A stretch of 64,000 bases of DNA, taken from Auanema rhodensis. Lineage: Eukaryota; Animalia; Nematoda. The translations under genes were made by a program, and so were the position numbers. Location of the stretch: NCBI GenBank assembly GCA_964057225.1, contig OZ059895.1, positions 4,464,001 to 4,528,000 of the forward strand, read 5' to 3'. The notes under the pieces were generated by a model that was given only the letters and a program-made list of their open reading frames with translations, was not told the origin of the DNA and made no database searches. The stretch's first letter is position 1, and each line of letters begins with the position of its first letter. This document shows, one piece after another, positions 30,001 through 45,000 of the stretch.

Positions 30001-33000
30001 TACACTCAACATTGCTTCCAAAAACATTTTGACAAAAATTTTTTCGAAAAATTTCAAAATAATTTAGCAAAAAGTAGATGTTTTTAGATTCCTTTTTTCA
30101 AGGCAAAGATGATGGACAATGTTATTCAACGAAAAAATTAATTCTTCAGGGTGAAAATCGAGGATATAAGTGTGAACATATATCAGTTGATATCTCGGTG
30201 CATTTTCAAGCTAGCGCAAATCTGATAACACAGATCGACGCAGCTTAAAAATCCGCATCGAATGCACTATACTTCATTGAGAAACGCTTAATACAAAAAT
30301 TAGTTATGATCGTTTGAAAAATGATGCATTAGTGTATGTTGAGTTTCCATGTACACTCAACATTGCTTCCAAAAACATTTTGACAAAAATTTTTTCGAAA
30401 AATTTCGAAATAATTTAGCAAAAAGTAGATGTTTTTAGATTCCTTTTTTCAAGGCAAAGATGATGGACAATGTTATTCAACGAAAAAATTAATTCTTCAG
30501 GGTGAAAATCGAGGATATAAGTGTGAACATATATCAGTTGATATCTCGGTGCATTTTCAAGCTAGCGCAAATCTGATAACACAGATCGACGCAGCTTAAA
30601 AATCCGCATCGAATGCACTATACTTCATTGAGAAACGCTTAATACAAAAATTAGTTATGATCGTTTGAAAAATGATGCATTAGTGTATGTTGAGTTTCCA
30701 TGTACACTCAACATTGCTTCCAAAAACATTTTGACAAAAATTTTTTCGAAAAATTTCAAAATAATTTAGCAAAAAGTAGATGTTTTTAGATTCCTTTTTT
30801 CAAGGCAAAGATGATGGACAATGTTATTCAACGAAAAAATTAATTCTTCAGGGTGAAAATCGAGGATATAAGTGTGAACATATATCAGTTGATATCTCGG
30901 TGCATTTTCAAGCTAGCGCAAATCTGATAACACAGATCGACGCAGCTTAAAAATCCGCATCGAATGCACTATACTTCATTGAGAAACGCTTAATACAAAA
31001 ATTAGTTATGATCGTTTGAAAAATGATGCATTAGTGTATGTTGAGTTTCCATGTACACTCAACATTGCTTCCAAAAACATTTTGACAAAAATTTTTTCGA
31101 AAAATTTCGAAATAATTTAGCAAAAAGTAGATGTTTTTAGATTCCTTTTTTCAAGGCAAAGATGATGGACAATGTTATTCAACGAAAAAATTAATTCTTC
31201 AGGGTGAAAATCGAGGATATAAGTGTGAACATATATCAGTTGATATCTCGGTGCATTTTCAAGCTAGCGCAAATCTGATAACACAGATCGACGCAGCTTA
31301 AAAATCCGCATCGAATGCACTATACTTCATTGAGAAACGCTTAATACAAAAATTAGTTATGATCGTTTGAAAAATGATTTATTAGTGTATGTTGAGTTTC
31401 CATGTACACTCAACATTGCTTCCAAAAACATTTTGACAAAAATTTTTTCGAAAAATTTCAAAATAATTTAGCAAAAAGTAGATGTTTTTAGATTCCTTTT
31501 TTCAAGGCAAAGACGATGGACAATGTTATTCAACGAAAAAATTAATTCTTCAGGGTGAAAATCGAGGATATAAGTGTGAACATATATCAGTTGATATCTC
31601 GGTGCATTTTCAAGCTAGCGCAAATCTGATAACACAGATCGACGCAGCTTAAAAATCCGCATCGAATGCACTATACTTCATTGAAAAACGCTTAATACAA
31701 AAATTAGTTATGATCGTTTGAAAAATGATGCATTAGTGTATGTTGAGTTTCCATGTACACTCAACATTGCTTCCAAAAACATTTTGACAAAAATTTTTTC
31801 GAAAAATTTCAAAATAATTTAGCAAAAAGTAGATGTTTTTAGATTCCTTTTTTCAAGGCAAAGACGATGGACAATGTTATTCAACGAAAAAATTAATTCT
31901 TCAGGGTGAAAATCGAGGATATAAGTGTGAACTTATATCAGTTGATATCTCGGTGCATTTTCAAGCTAGCGCAAATCTGATAACACAGATCGACGCAGCT
32001 TAAAAATCTGCATCGAATGCACTATACTTCATTGAGAAACGCTTAATACAAAAATTAGTTATGATCGTTTGAAAAATGATGCATTAGTGTATGTTGAGTT
32101 TCCATGTACACTCAACATTGCTTCCAAAAACATTTTGACAAAAATTTTTTCGAAAAATTTCAAAATAATTTAGCAAAAAGTAGATGTTTTTAGATTCCTT
32201 TTTTCAAGGCAAAGATGATGGACAATGTTATTCAACGAAAAAATCAATTCTTCAGGGTGAAAATCGAGGATATAAGTGTGAACTTATATCAGTTGATATC
32301 TCGGTGCATTTTCAAGCTAGCGCAAATCTGATAACACAGATCGACGCAGCTTAAAAATCCGCATCGAATGCACTATACTTCATTGAGAAACGCTTAATAC
32401 AAAAATTAGTTATGATCGTTTGAAAAATGATGCATTAGTGTATGTTGAGTTTCCATGTACACTCAACATTGCTTCCAAAAACATTTTGACAAAAATTTTT
32501 TCGAAAAATTTCAAAATAATTTAGCAAAAAGTAGATGTTTTTAGATTCCTTTTTTCAAGGCAAAGATGATGGACAATGTTATTCAACGAAAAAATTAATT
32601 CTTCAGGGTGAAAATCGAGGATATAAGTGTGAACTTATATCAGTTGATATCTCGGTGCATTTTCAAGCTACCGCAAATCTGATAACACAGATCGACGCAG
32701 CTTAAAAATCCGCATCGAATGCACTATACTTCATTGAGAAACGCTTAATACAAAAATTAGTTATGATCGTTTGAAAAATGATGCATTAGTGTATGTTGAG
32801 TTTCCATGTACACTCAACATTGCTTCCAAAAACATTTTGACAAAAATTTTTTCGAAAAATTTCAAAATAATTTAGCGAAAAGTAGATGTTTTTAGATTCC
32901 TTTTTTCAAGGCAAAGATGATGGACAATGTTATTCAACGAAAAAATTAATTCTTCAGGGTGAAAATCGAGGATATAAGTGTGAACATATATCAGTTGATA

Positions 33001-36000
33001 TCTCGGTGCATTTTCAAGCTAGCGCAAATCTGATAACACAGATCGACGCAGCTTAAAAATCCGCATCGAATGCACTATACTTCATTGAGAAACGCTTAAT
33101 ACAAAAATTAGTTATGATCGTTTGAAAAATGATGCATTAGTGTATGTTGAGTTTCCATGTACACTCAACATTGCTTCCAAAAACATTTTGACAAAAATTT
33201 TTTCGAAAAATTTCAAAATAATTTAGCAAAAAGTAGATGTTTTTAGATTCCTTTTTTCAAGGCAAAAATGATGGACAATGTTATTAAACGAAAAAATCAA
33301 TTCTTCAGGGTGAAAATCGAGGATATAAGTGTGAACTTATATCAGTTGATATCTCGGTGCATTTTCAAGCTAGCGCAAATCTGATAACACAGATCGACGC
33401 AGCTTAAAAATCCGCATCGAATGCACTATACTACATTGAGAAACGCTTAATACAAAAATTAGTTATGATCGTTTGAAAAATGATGCATTAGTGTATGTTG
33501 AGTTTCCATGTACACTCAACATTGCTTCCAAAAACATTTTGACAAAAATTTTTTCGAAAAATTTCAGAATAATTTAGCAAAAAGTAGATGTTTTTAGATT
33601 CCTTTTTTCAAGGCAAAGACGATGGACAATGTTATTCAACGAAAAAATTAATTCTTCAGGGTGAAAATCGAGGATATAAGTGTGAACTTATATCAGTTGA
33701 TATCTCGGTGCATTTTCAAGCTAGCGCAAATCTGATAACACAGATCGACGCAGCTTAAAAATCCGCATCGAATGCACTATACTACATTGAGAAACGCTTA
33801 ATACAAAAATTAGTTATGATCGTTTGAAAAATGATGCATTAGTGTATGTTGAGTTTCCATGTACACTCAACATTGCTTCCAAAAACATTTTGACAAAAAT
33901 TTTTTCGAAAAATTTCAAAATAATTTAGCAAAAAGTAGATGTTTTTAGATTCCTTTTTTCAAGGCAAAAATGATGGACAATGTTATTAAACGAAAAAATC
34001 AATTCTTCAGGGTGAAAATCGAGGATATAAGTGTGAACTTATATCAGTTGATATCTCGGTGCATTTTCAAGCTAGCGCAAATCTGATAACACAGATCGAC
34101 GCAGCTTAAAAATCCGCATCGAATGCACTATACTACATTGAGAAACGCTTAATACAAAAATTAGTTATGATCGTTTGAAAAATGATGCATTAGTGTATGT
34201 TGAGTTTCCATGTACACTCAACATTGCTTCCAAAAACATTTTGACAAAAATTTTTTCGAAAAATTTCAGAATAATTTAGCAAAAAGTAGATGTTTTTAGA
34301 TTCCTTTTTTCAAGGCAAAGACGATGGACAATGTTATTCAACGAAAAAATTAATTCTTCAGGGTGAAAATCGAGGATATAAGTGTGAACTTATATCAGTT
34401 GATATCTCGGTGCATTTTCAAGCTAGCGCAAATCTGATAACACAGATCGACGCAGCTTAAAAATCCGCATCGAATGCACTATACTACATTGAGAAACGCT
34501 TAATACAAAAATTAGTTATGATCGTTTGAAAAATGATGCATTAGTGTATGTTGAGTTTCCATGTACACTCAACATTGCTTCCAAAAACATTTTGACAAAA
34601 ATTTTTTCGAAAAATTTCAAAATAATTTAGCAAAAAGTAGATGTTTTTAGATTCCTTTTTTCAAGGCAAAAATGATGGACAATGTTATTAAACGAAAAAA
34701 TCAATTCTTCAGGGTGAAAATCGAGGATATAAGTGTGAACTTATATCAGTTGATATCTCGGTGCATTTTCAAGCTAGCGCAAATCTGATAACACAGATCG
34801 ACGCAGCTTAAAAATCCGCATCGAATGCACTATACTACATTGAGAAACGCTTAATACAAAAATTAGTTATGATCGTTTGAAAAATGATGCATTAGTGTAT
34901 GTTGAGTTTCCATGTACACTCAACATTGCTTCCAAAAACATTTTGACAAAAATTTTTTCGAAAAATTTCAGAATAATTTAGCAAAAAGTAGATGTTTTTA
35001 GATTCCTTTTTTCAAGGCAAAGACGATGGACAATGTTATTCAACGAAAAAATCAATTCTTCAGGGTGAAAATCGAGGATATAAGTGTGAACTTATATCAG
35101 TTGATATCTCGGTGCATTTTCAAGCTAGCGCAAATCTGATAACACAGATCGACGCAGCTTAAAAATCCGCATCGAATGCACTATACTACATTGAGAAACG
35201 CTTAATACAAAAATTAGTTATGATCGTTTGAAAAATGATGCATTAGTGTATGTTGAGTTTCCATGTACACTCAACATTGCTTCCAAAAACATTTTGACAA
35301 AAATTTTTTCGAAAAATTTCAAAATAATTTAGCAAAAAGTAGATGTTTTTAGATTCCTTTTTTCAAGGCAAAGACGATGGACAATGTTATTCAACGAAAA
35401 AATTAATTCTTCAGGGTGAAAATCGAGGATATAAGTGTGAACTTATATCAGTTGATATCTCGGTGCATTTTCAAGCTAGCGCAAATCTGATAACACAGAT
35501 CGACGCAGCTTAAAAATCCGCATCGAATGCACTATACTTCATTGAGAAACGCTTAATACAAAAATTAGTTATGATCGTTTGAAAAATGATGCATTAGTGT
35601 ATGTTGAGTTTCCATGTACACTCAACATTGCTTCCAAAAACATTTTGACAAAAATTTTTTCGAAAAATTTCAAAATAATTTAGCAAAAAGTAGATGTTTT
35701 TAGATTCCTTTTTTCAAGGCAAAGATGATGGACAATGTTATTCAACGAAAAAATCAATTCTTCAGGGTGAAAATCGAGGATATAAGTGTGAACTTATATC
35801 AGTTGATATCTCGGTGCATTTTCAAGCTAGCGCAAATCTGATAACACAGATCGACGCAGCTTAAAAATCCGCATCGAATGCACTATACTACATTGAGAAA
35901 CGCTTAATACAAAAATTAGTTATGATCGTTTGAAAAATGATGCATTAGTGTATGTTGAGTTTCCATGTACACTCAACATTGCTTCCAAAAACATTTTGAC

Positions 36001-39000
36001 AAAAATTTTTTCGAAAAATTTCAAAATAATTTAGCAAAAAGTAGATGTTTTTAGATTCCTTTTTTCAAGGCAAAGACGATGGACAATGTTATTCAACGAA
36101 AAAATTAATTCTTCAGGGTGAAAATCGAGGATATAAGTGTGAACTTATATCAGTTGATATCTCGGTGCATTTTCAAGCTAGCGCAAATCTGATAACACAG
36201 ATCGACGCAGCTTAAAAATCCGCATCGAATGCACTATACTTCATTGAGAAACGCTTAATACAAAAATTAGTTATGATCGTTTGAAAAATGATGCATTAGT
36301 GTATGTTGAGTTTCCATGTACACTCAACATTGCTTCCAAAAACATTTTGACAAAAATTTTTTCGAAAAATTTCAAAATAATTTAGCGAAAAGTAGATGTT
36401 TTTAGATTCCTTTTTTCAAGGCAAAGATGATGGACAATGTTATTCAACGAAAAAATTAATTCTTCAGGGTGAAAATCGAGGATATAAGTGTGAACATATA
36501 TCAGTTGATATCTCGGTGCATTTTCAAGCTAGCGCAAATCTGATAACACAGATCGACGCAGCTTAAAAATCCGCATCGAATGCACTATACTTCATTGAGA
36601 AACGCTTAATACAAAAATTAGTTATGATCGTTTGAAAAATGATGCATTAGTGTATGTTGAGTTTCCATGTACACTCAACATTGCTTCCAAAAACATTTTG
36701 ACAAAAATTTTTTCGAAAAATTTCAAAATAATTTAGCAAAAAGTAGATGTTTTTAGATTCCTTTTTTCAAGGCAAAAATGATGGACAATGTTATTAAACG
36801 AAAAAATCAATTCTTCAGGGTGAAAATCGAGGATATAAGTGTGAACATATATCAGTTGATATCTCGGTGCATTTTCAAGCTAGCGCAAATCTGATAACAC
36901 AGATCGACGCAGCTTAAAAATCCGCATCGAATGCACTATACTACATTGAGAAACGCTCAATACAAAAATTAGTTATGATCGTTTGAAAAATGATGCATTA
37001 GTGTATGTTGAGTTTCCATGTACACTCAACATTGCTTCCAAAAACATTTTGACAAAAATTTTTTCGAAAAATTTCAGAATAATTTAGCAAAAAGTAGATG
37101 TTTTTAGATTCCTTTTTTCAAGGCAAAGACGATGGACAATGTTATTCAACGAAAAAATTAATTCTTCAGGGTGAAAATCGAGGATATAAGTGTGAACTTA
37201 TATCAGTTGATATCTCGGTGCATTTTCAAGCTAGCGCAAATCTGATAACACAGATCGACGCAGCTTAAAAATCCGCATCGAATGCACTATACTACATTGA
37301 GAAACGCTTAATACAAAAATTAGTTATGATCGTTTGAAAAATGATGCATTAGTGTATGTTGAGTTTCCATGTACACTCAACATTGCTTCCAAAAACATTT
37401 TGACAAAAATTTTTTCGAAAAATTTCAAAATAATTTAGCAAAAAGTAGATGTTTTTAGATTCCTTTTTTCAAGGCAAAGACGATGGACAATGTTTTTAAA
37501 CGAAAAAATTAATTCTTCAGTGTGAAAATCGAGGATATAAGTGTGAACTTATATCAGTTGATATCTCGGTGCATTTTCAAGCTAGCGCAAATCTGATAAC
37601 ACAGATCGACGCAGCTTAAAAATCCGCATCGAATGCACTATACTTCATTGAGAAACGCTTAATACAAAAATTAGTTATGATCGTTTGAAAAATGATGCAT
37701 TAGTGTATGTTGAGTTTCCATGTACACTCAACATTGCTTCCAAAAACATTTTGACAAAAATTTTTTCGAAAAATTTCAAAATAATTTAGCAAAAAGTAGA
37801 TGTTTTTAGATTCCTTTTTTCAAGGCAAAGACGATGGACAATGTTATTCAACGAAAAAATTAATTCTTCAGTGTGAAAATCGAGGATATAAGTGTGAACT
37901 TATATCAGTTGATATCTCGGTGCATTTTCAAGCTAGCGCAAATCTGATAACACAGATCGACGCAGCTTAAAAATCCGCATCGAATGCACTATACTTCATT
38001 GAGAAACGCTTAATACAAAAATTAGTTATGATTGTTTGAAAAATGATGCATTAGTGTATGTTGAGTTTCCATGTACACTCAACATTGCTTCCAAAAACAT
38101 TTTGACAAAAATTTTTTCGAAAAATTTCAAAATAATATAGCAAAAAGTAGATGTTTTTAGATTCCTTTTTTCAAGGCAAAGACGATGGACAATGTTATTC
38201 AACGAAAAAATTAATTCTTCAGGGTGAAAATCGAGGATATAAGTGTGAACTTATATCAGTTGATATCTCGGTGCATTTTCAAGCTAGCGCAAATCTGATA
38301 ACACAGATCGACGCAGCTTAAAAATCCGCATCAAATGCACTATACTTCATCGAGAAACGCTTAATACAAAAATTAGTTATGATCGTTTGAAAAATGATGC
38401 ATTAGTGTATGTTGAGTTTCCATGTACACTCAACATTGCTTCCAAAAACATTTTGACAAAAATTTTTTCGAAAAATTTCAAAATAATTTAGCAAAAAGTA
38501 GATGTTTTTAGATTCCTTTTTTCAAGGCAAAGATGATGGACAATGTTATTCAACGAAAAAATTAATTCTTCAGGGTGAAAATCGAGGATATAAGTGTGAA
38601 CATATATCAGTTGATATCTCGGTGCATTTTCAAGCTAGCGCAAATCTGATAACACAGATCGACGCAGCTTAAAAATCCGCATCGAATGCACTATACTTCA
38701 TTGAGAAACGCTTAATACAAAAATTAGTTATGATTGTTTGAAAAATGATGCATTAGTGTATGTTGAGTTTCCATGTACACTCAACATTGCTTCCAAAAAC
38801 ATTTTGACAAAAATTTTTTCGAAAAATTTCAAAATAATATAGCAAAAAGTAGATGTTTTTAGATTCCTTTTTTCAAGGCAAAGACGATGGACAATGTTAT
38901 TCAACGAAAAAATTAATTCTTCAGGGTGAAAATCGAGGATATAAGTGTGAACTTATATCAGTTGATATCTCGGTGCATTTTTAAGCTAGCGCAAATCTGA

Positions 39001-42000
39001 TAACACAGATCGACGCAGCTTAAAAATCCGCATCGAATGCACTATACTTCATCGAGAAACGCTTAATACAAAAATTAGTTATGATCGTTTGAAAAATGAT
39101 GCATTAGTGTATGTTGAGTTTCCATGTACACTCAACATTGCTTCCAAAAACATTTTGACAAAAATTTTTTCGAAAAATTTCAAAATAATTTAGCAAAAAG
39201 TAGATGTTTTTAGATTCCTTTTTTCAAGGCAAAGACGATGGACAATGTTTTTAAACGAAAAAATTAATTCTTCAGTGTGAAAATCGAGGATATAAGTGTG
39301 AACTTATATCAGTTGATATCTCGGTGCATTTTCAAGCTAGCGCAAATCTGATAACACAGATCGACGCAGCTTAAAAATCCGCATCGAATGCACTATACTT
39401 CATTGAGAAACGCTTAATACAAAAATTAGTTATGATCGTTTGAAAAATGATGCATTAGTGTATGTTGAGTTTCCATGTACACTCAACATTGCTTCCAAAA
39501 ACATTTTGACAAAAATTTTTTCGAAAAATTTCAAAATAATTTAGCAAAAAGTAGATGTTTTTAGATTCCTTTTTTCAAGGCAAAGACGATGGACAATGTT
39601 TTTAAACGAAAAAATTAATTCTTCAGTGTGAAAATCGAGGATATAAGTGTGAACTTATATCAGTTGATATCTCGGTGCATTTTCAAGCTAGCGCAAATCT
39701 GATAACACAGATCGACGCAGCTTAAAAATCCGCATCGAATGCACTATACTTCATTGAGAAACGCTTAATACAAAAATTAGTTATGATCGTTTGAAAAATG
39801 ATGCATTAGTGTATGTTGAGTTTCCATGTACACTCAACATTGCTTCCAAAAACATTTTGACAAAAATTTTTTCGAAAAATTTCAAAATAATTTAGCAAAA
39901 AGTAGATGTTTTTAGATTCCTTTTTTCAAGGCAAAGATGATGGACAATGTTATTCAACGAAAAAATTAATTCTTCAGGGTGAAAATCGAGGATATAAGTG
40001 TGAACATATATCAGTTGATATCTCGGTGCATTTTCAAGCTAGCGCAAATCTGATAACACAGATCGACGCAGCTTAAAAATCCGCATCGAATGCACTATAC
40101 TTCATTGAGAAACGCTTAATACAAAAATTAGTTATGATCGTTTGAAAAATGATGCATTAGTGTATGTTGAGTTTCCATGTACACTCAACATTGCTTCCAA
40201 AAACATTTTGACAAAAATTTTTTCGAAAAATTTCGAAATAATTTAGCAAAAAGTAGATGTTTTTAGATTCCTTTTTTCAAGGCAAAGATGATGGACAATG
40301 TTATTCAACGAAAAAATTAATTCTTCAGGGTGAAAATCGAGGATATAAGTGTGAACATATATCAGTTGATATCTCGGTGCATTTTTAAGCTAGCGCAAAT
40401 CTGATAACACAGATCGACGCAGCTTAAAAATCCGCATCGAATGCATTATACTACATTGAGAAACGCTTAATACAAAAATTAGTTTAGATCGTTTGAAAAA
40501 TGATGCATTAGTGTATGTTGAGTTTCCATGTACACTCAACATTGCTTCCAAAAACATTTTGACAAAAATTTTTTCGAAAAATTTCAAGATAATTTAGCAA
40601 AAAGTAGATGTTTTTAGATTCCTTTTTTCAAGGCAAAGACGATGGACAATGTTATTCAACGAAAAAATTAATTCTTCAGGGTGAAAATCGAGGATATAAG
40701 TGTGAACTTATATCAGTTGATATCTCGGTGCATTTTCAAGCTAGCGCAAATCTGATAACACAGATCGACGCAGCTTAAAAATCCGCATCGAATGCACTAT
40801 ACTTCATTGAGAAACGCTTAATACAAAAATTAGTTATGATCGTTTGAAAAATGATGCATTAGTGTATGTTGAGTTTCCATGTACACTCAACATTGCTTCC
40901 AAAAACATTTTGACAAAAATTTTTTCGAAAAATTTCAAAATAATTTAGCAAAAAGTAGATGTTTTTAGATTCCTTTTTTCAAGGCAAAGACGATGGACAA
41001 TGTTATTCAACGAAAAAATTAATTCTTCAGGGTGAAAATCGAGGATATAAGTGTGAACTTATATCAGTTGATATCTCGGTGCATTTTCAAGCTAGCGCAA
41101 ATCTGATAACACAGATCGACGCAGCTTAAAAATCCGCATCGAATGCACTATACTTCATTGAGAAACGCTTAATACAAAAATTAGTTATGATCGTTTGAAA
41201 AATGATGCATTAGTGTATGTTGAGTTTCCATGTACACTCAACATTGCTTCCAAAAACATTTTGACAAAAATTTTTTCGAAAAATTTCAAAATAATTTAGC
41301 AAAAAGTAGATGTTTTTAGATTCCTTTTTTCAAGGCAAAGACGATGGACAATGTTATTCAACGAAAAAATTAATTCTTCAGGGTGAAAATCGAGGATATA
41401 AGTGTGAACATATATCAGTTGATATCTCGGTGCATTTTCAAGCTAGCGCAAATCTGATAACACAGATCGACGCAGCTTAAAAATCCGCATCGAATGCACT
41501 ATACTTCATTGAGAAACGCTTAATACAAAAATTAGTTATGATCGTTTGAAAAATGATGCATTAGTGTATGTTGAGTTTCCATGTACACTCAACATTGCTT
41601 CCAAAAACATTTTGACAAAAATTTTTTCGAAAAATTTCAAAATAATTTAGCAAAAAGTAGATGTTTTTAGATTCCTTTTTTCAAGGCAAAGACGATGGAC
41701 AATGTTATTCAACGAAAAAATTAATTCTTCAGGGTGAAAATCGAGGATATAAGTGTGAACATATATCAGTTGATATCTCGGTGCATTTTCAAGCTAGCGC
41801 AAATCTGATAACACAGATCGACGCAGCTTAAAAATCCGCATCGAATGCACTATACTTCATTGAAAAACGCTTAATACAAAAATTAGTTATGATCGTTTGA
41901 AAAATGATGCATTAGTGTATGTTGAGTTTCCATGTACACTCAACATTGCTTCCAAAAACATTTTGACAAAAATTTTTTCGAAAAATTTCAAAATAATTTA

Positions 42001-45000
42001 GCAAAAAGTAGATGTTTTTAGATTCCTTTTTTCAAGGCAAAGACGATGGACAATGTTATTCAACGAAAAAATTAATTCTTCAGGGTGAAAATCGAGGATA
42101 TAAGTGTGAACTTATATCAGTTGATATCTCGGTGCATTTTCAAGCTAGCGCAAATCTGATAACACAGATCGACGCAGCTTAAAAATCTGCATCGAATGCA
42201 CTATACTTCATTGAGAAACGCTTAATACAAAAATTAGTTATGATCGTTTGAAAAATGATGCATTAGTGTATGTTGAGTTTCCATGTACACTCAACATTGC
42301 TTCCAAAAACATTTTGACAAAAATTTTTTCGAAAAATTTCAAAATAATTTAGCAAAAAGTAGATGTTTTTAGATTCCTTTTTTCAAGGCAAAGATGATGG
42401 ACAATGTTATTCAACGAAAAAATCAATTCTTCAGGGTGAAAATCGAGGATATAAGTGTGAACTTATATCAGTTGATATCTCGGTGCATTTTCAAGCTAGC
42501 GCAAATCTGATAACACAGATCGACGCAGCTTAAAAATCCGCATCGAATGCACTATACTTCATTGAGAAACGCTTAATACAAAAATTAGTTATGATCGTTT
42601 GAAAAATGATGCATTAGTGTATGTTGAGTTTCCATGTACACTCAACATTGCTTCCAAAAACATTTTGACAAAAATTTTTTCGAAAAATTTCAAAATAATT
42701 TAGCAAAAAGTAGATGTTTTTAGATTCCTTTTTTCAAGGCAAAGACGATGGACAATGTTATTCAACGAAAAAATTAATTCTTCAGGGTGAAAATCGAGGA
42801 TATAAGTGTGAACATATATCAGTTGATATCTCGGTGCATTTTCAAGCTAGCGCAAATCTGATAACACAGATCGACGCAGCTTAAAAATCCGCATCGAATG
42901 CACTATACTTCATTGAAAAACGCTTAATACAAAAATTAGTTATGATCGTTTGAAAAATGATGCATTAGTGTATGTTGAGTTTCCATGTACACTCAACATT
43001 GCTTCCAAAAACATTTTGACAAAAATTTTTTCGAAAAATTTCAAAATAATTTAGCAAAAAGTAGATGTTTTTAGATTCCTTTTTTCAAGGCAAAGACGAT
43101 GGACAATGTTATTCAACGAAAAAATTAATTCTTCAGGGTGAAAATCGAGGATATAAGTGTGAACTTATATCAGTTGATATCTCGGTGCATTTTCAAGCTA
43201 GCGCAAATCTGATAACACAGATCGACGCAGCTTAAAAATCTGCATCGAATGCACTATACTTCATTGAGAAACGCTTAATACAAAAATTAGTTATGATCGT
43301 TTGAAAAATGATGCATTAGTGTATGTTGAGTTTCCATGTACACTCAACATTGCTTCCAAAAACATTTTGACAAAAATTTTTTCGAAAAATTTCAAAATAA
43401 TTTAGCAAAAAGTAGATGTTTTTAGATTCCTTTTTTCAAGGCAAAGATGATGGACAATGTTATTCAACGAAAAAATCAATTCTTCAGGGTGAAAATCGAG
43501 GATATAAGTGTGAACTTATATCAGTTGATATCTCGGTGCATTTTCAAGCTAGCGCAAATCTGATAACACAGATCGACGCAGCTTAAAAATCCGCATCGAA
43601 TGCACTATACTTCATTGAGAAACGCTTAATACAAAAATTAGTTATGATCGTTTGAAAAATGATGCATTAGTGTATGTTGAGTTTCCATGTACACTCAACA
43701 TTGCTTCCAAAAACATTTTGACAAAAATTTTTTCGAAAAATTTCAAAATAATTTAGCAAAAAGTAGATGTTTTTAGATTCCTTTTTTCAAGGCAAAGACG
43801 ATGGACAATGTTATTCAACGAAAAAATTAATTCTTCAGGGTGAAAATCGAGGATATAAGTGTGAACTTATATCAGTTGATATCTCGGTGCATTTTCAAGC
43901 TAGCGCAAATCTGATAACACAGATCGACGCAGCTTAAAAATCCGCATCGAATGCACTATACTTCATTGAGAAACGCTTAATACAAAAATTAGTTATGATC
44001 GTTTGAAAAATGATGCATTAGTGTATGTTGAGTTTCCATGTACACTCAACATTGCTTCCAAAAACATTTTGACAAAAATTTTTTCGAAAAATTTCAAAAT
44101 AATTTAGAAAAAGTAGATGTTTTTAGATTCCTTTTTTCAAGGCAAAGACGATGGACAATGTTATTCAACGAAAAAATTAATTCTTCAGGGTGAAAATCGA
44201 GGATATAAGTGTGAACTTATATCAGTTGATATCTCGGTGCATTTTCAAGCTAGCGCAAATCTGATAACACAGATCGACGCAGCTTAAAAATCCGCATCGA
44301 ATGCACTATACTTCATTGAGAAACGCTTAATACAAAAATTAGTTATGATCGTTTGAAAAATGATGCATTAGTGTATGTTGAGTTTCCATGTACACTCAAC
44401 ATTGCTTCCAAAAACATTTTGACAAAAATTTTTTCGAAAAATTTCAAAATAATTTAGCAAAAAGTAGATGTTTTTAGATTCCTTTTTTCAAGGCAAAGAC
44501 GATGGACAATGTTATTCAACGAAAAAATTAATTCTTCAGGGTGAAAATCGAGGATATAAGTGTGAACTTATATCAGTTGATATCTCGGTGCATTTTCAAG
44601 CTAGCGCAAATCTGATAACACAGATCGACGCAGCTTAAAAATCTGCATCGAATGCACTATACTTCATTGAGAAACGCTTAATACAAAAATTAGTTATGAT
44701 CGTTTGAAAAATGATGCATTAGTGTATGTTGAGTTTCCATGTACACTCAACATTGCTTCCAAAAACATTTTGACAAAAATTTTTTCGAAAAATTTCAAAA
44801 TAATTTAGCAAAAAGTAGATGTTTTTAGATTCCTTTTTTCAAGGCAAAGATGATGGACAATGTTATTCAACGAAAAAATCAATTCTTCAGGGTGAAAATC
44901 GAGGATATAAGTGTGAACTTATATCAGTTGATATCTCGGTGCATTTTCAAGCTAGCGCAAATCTGATAACACAGATCGACGCAGCTTAAAAATCCGCATC

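Noticed and set aside
40390-40587. 65-aa minus-strand ORF inside the satellite
   Set aside because: It arises from private substitutions in one monomer (TTTAGATC) that remove a stop codon; other monomers do not encode it.
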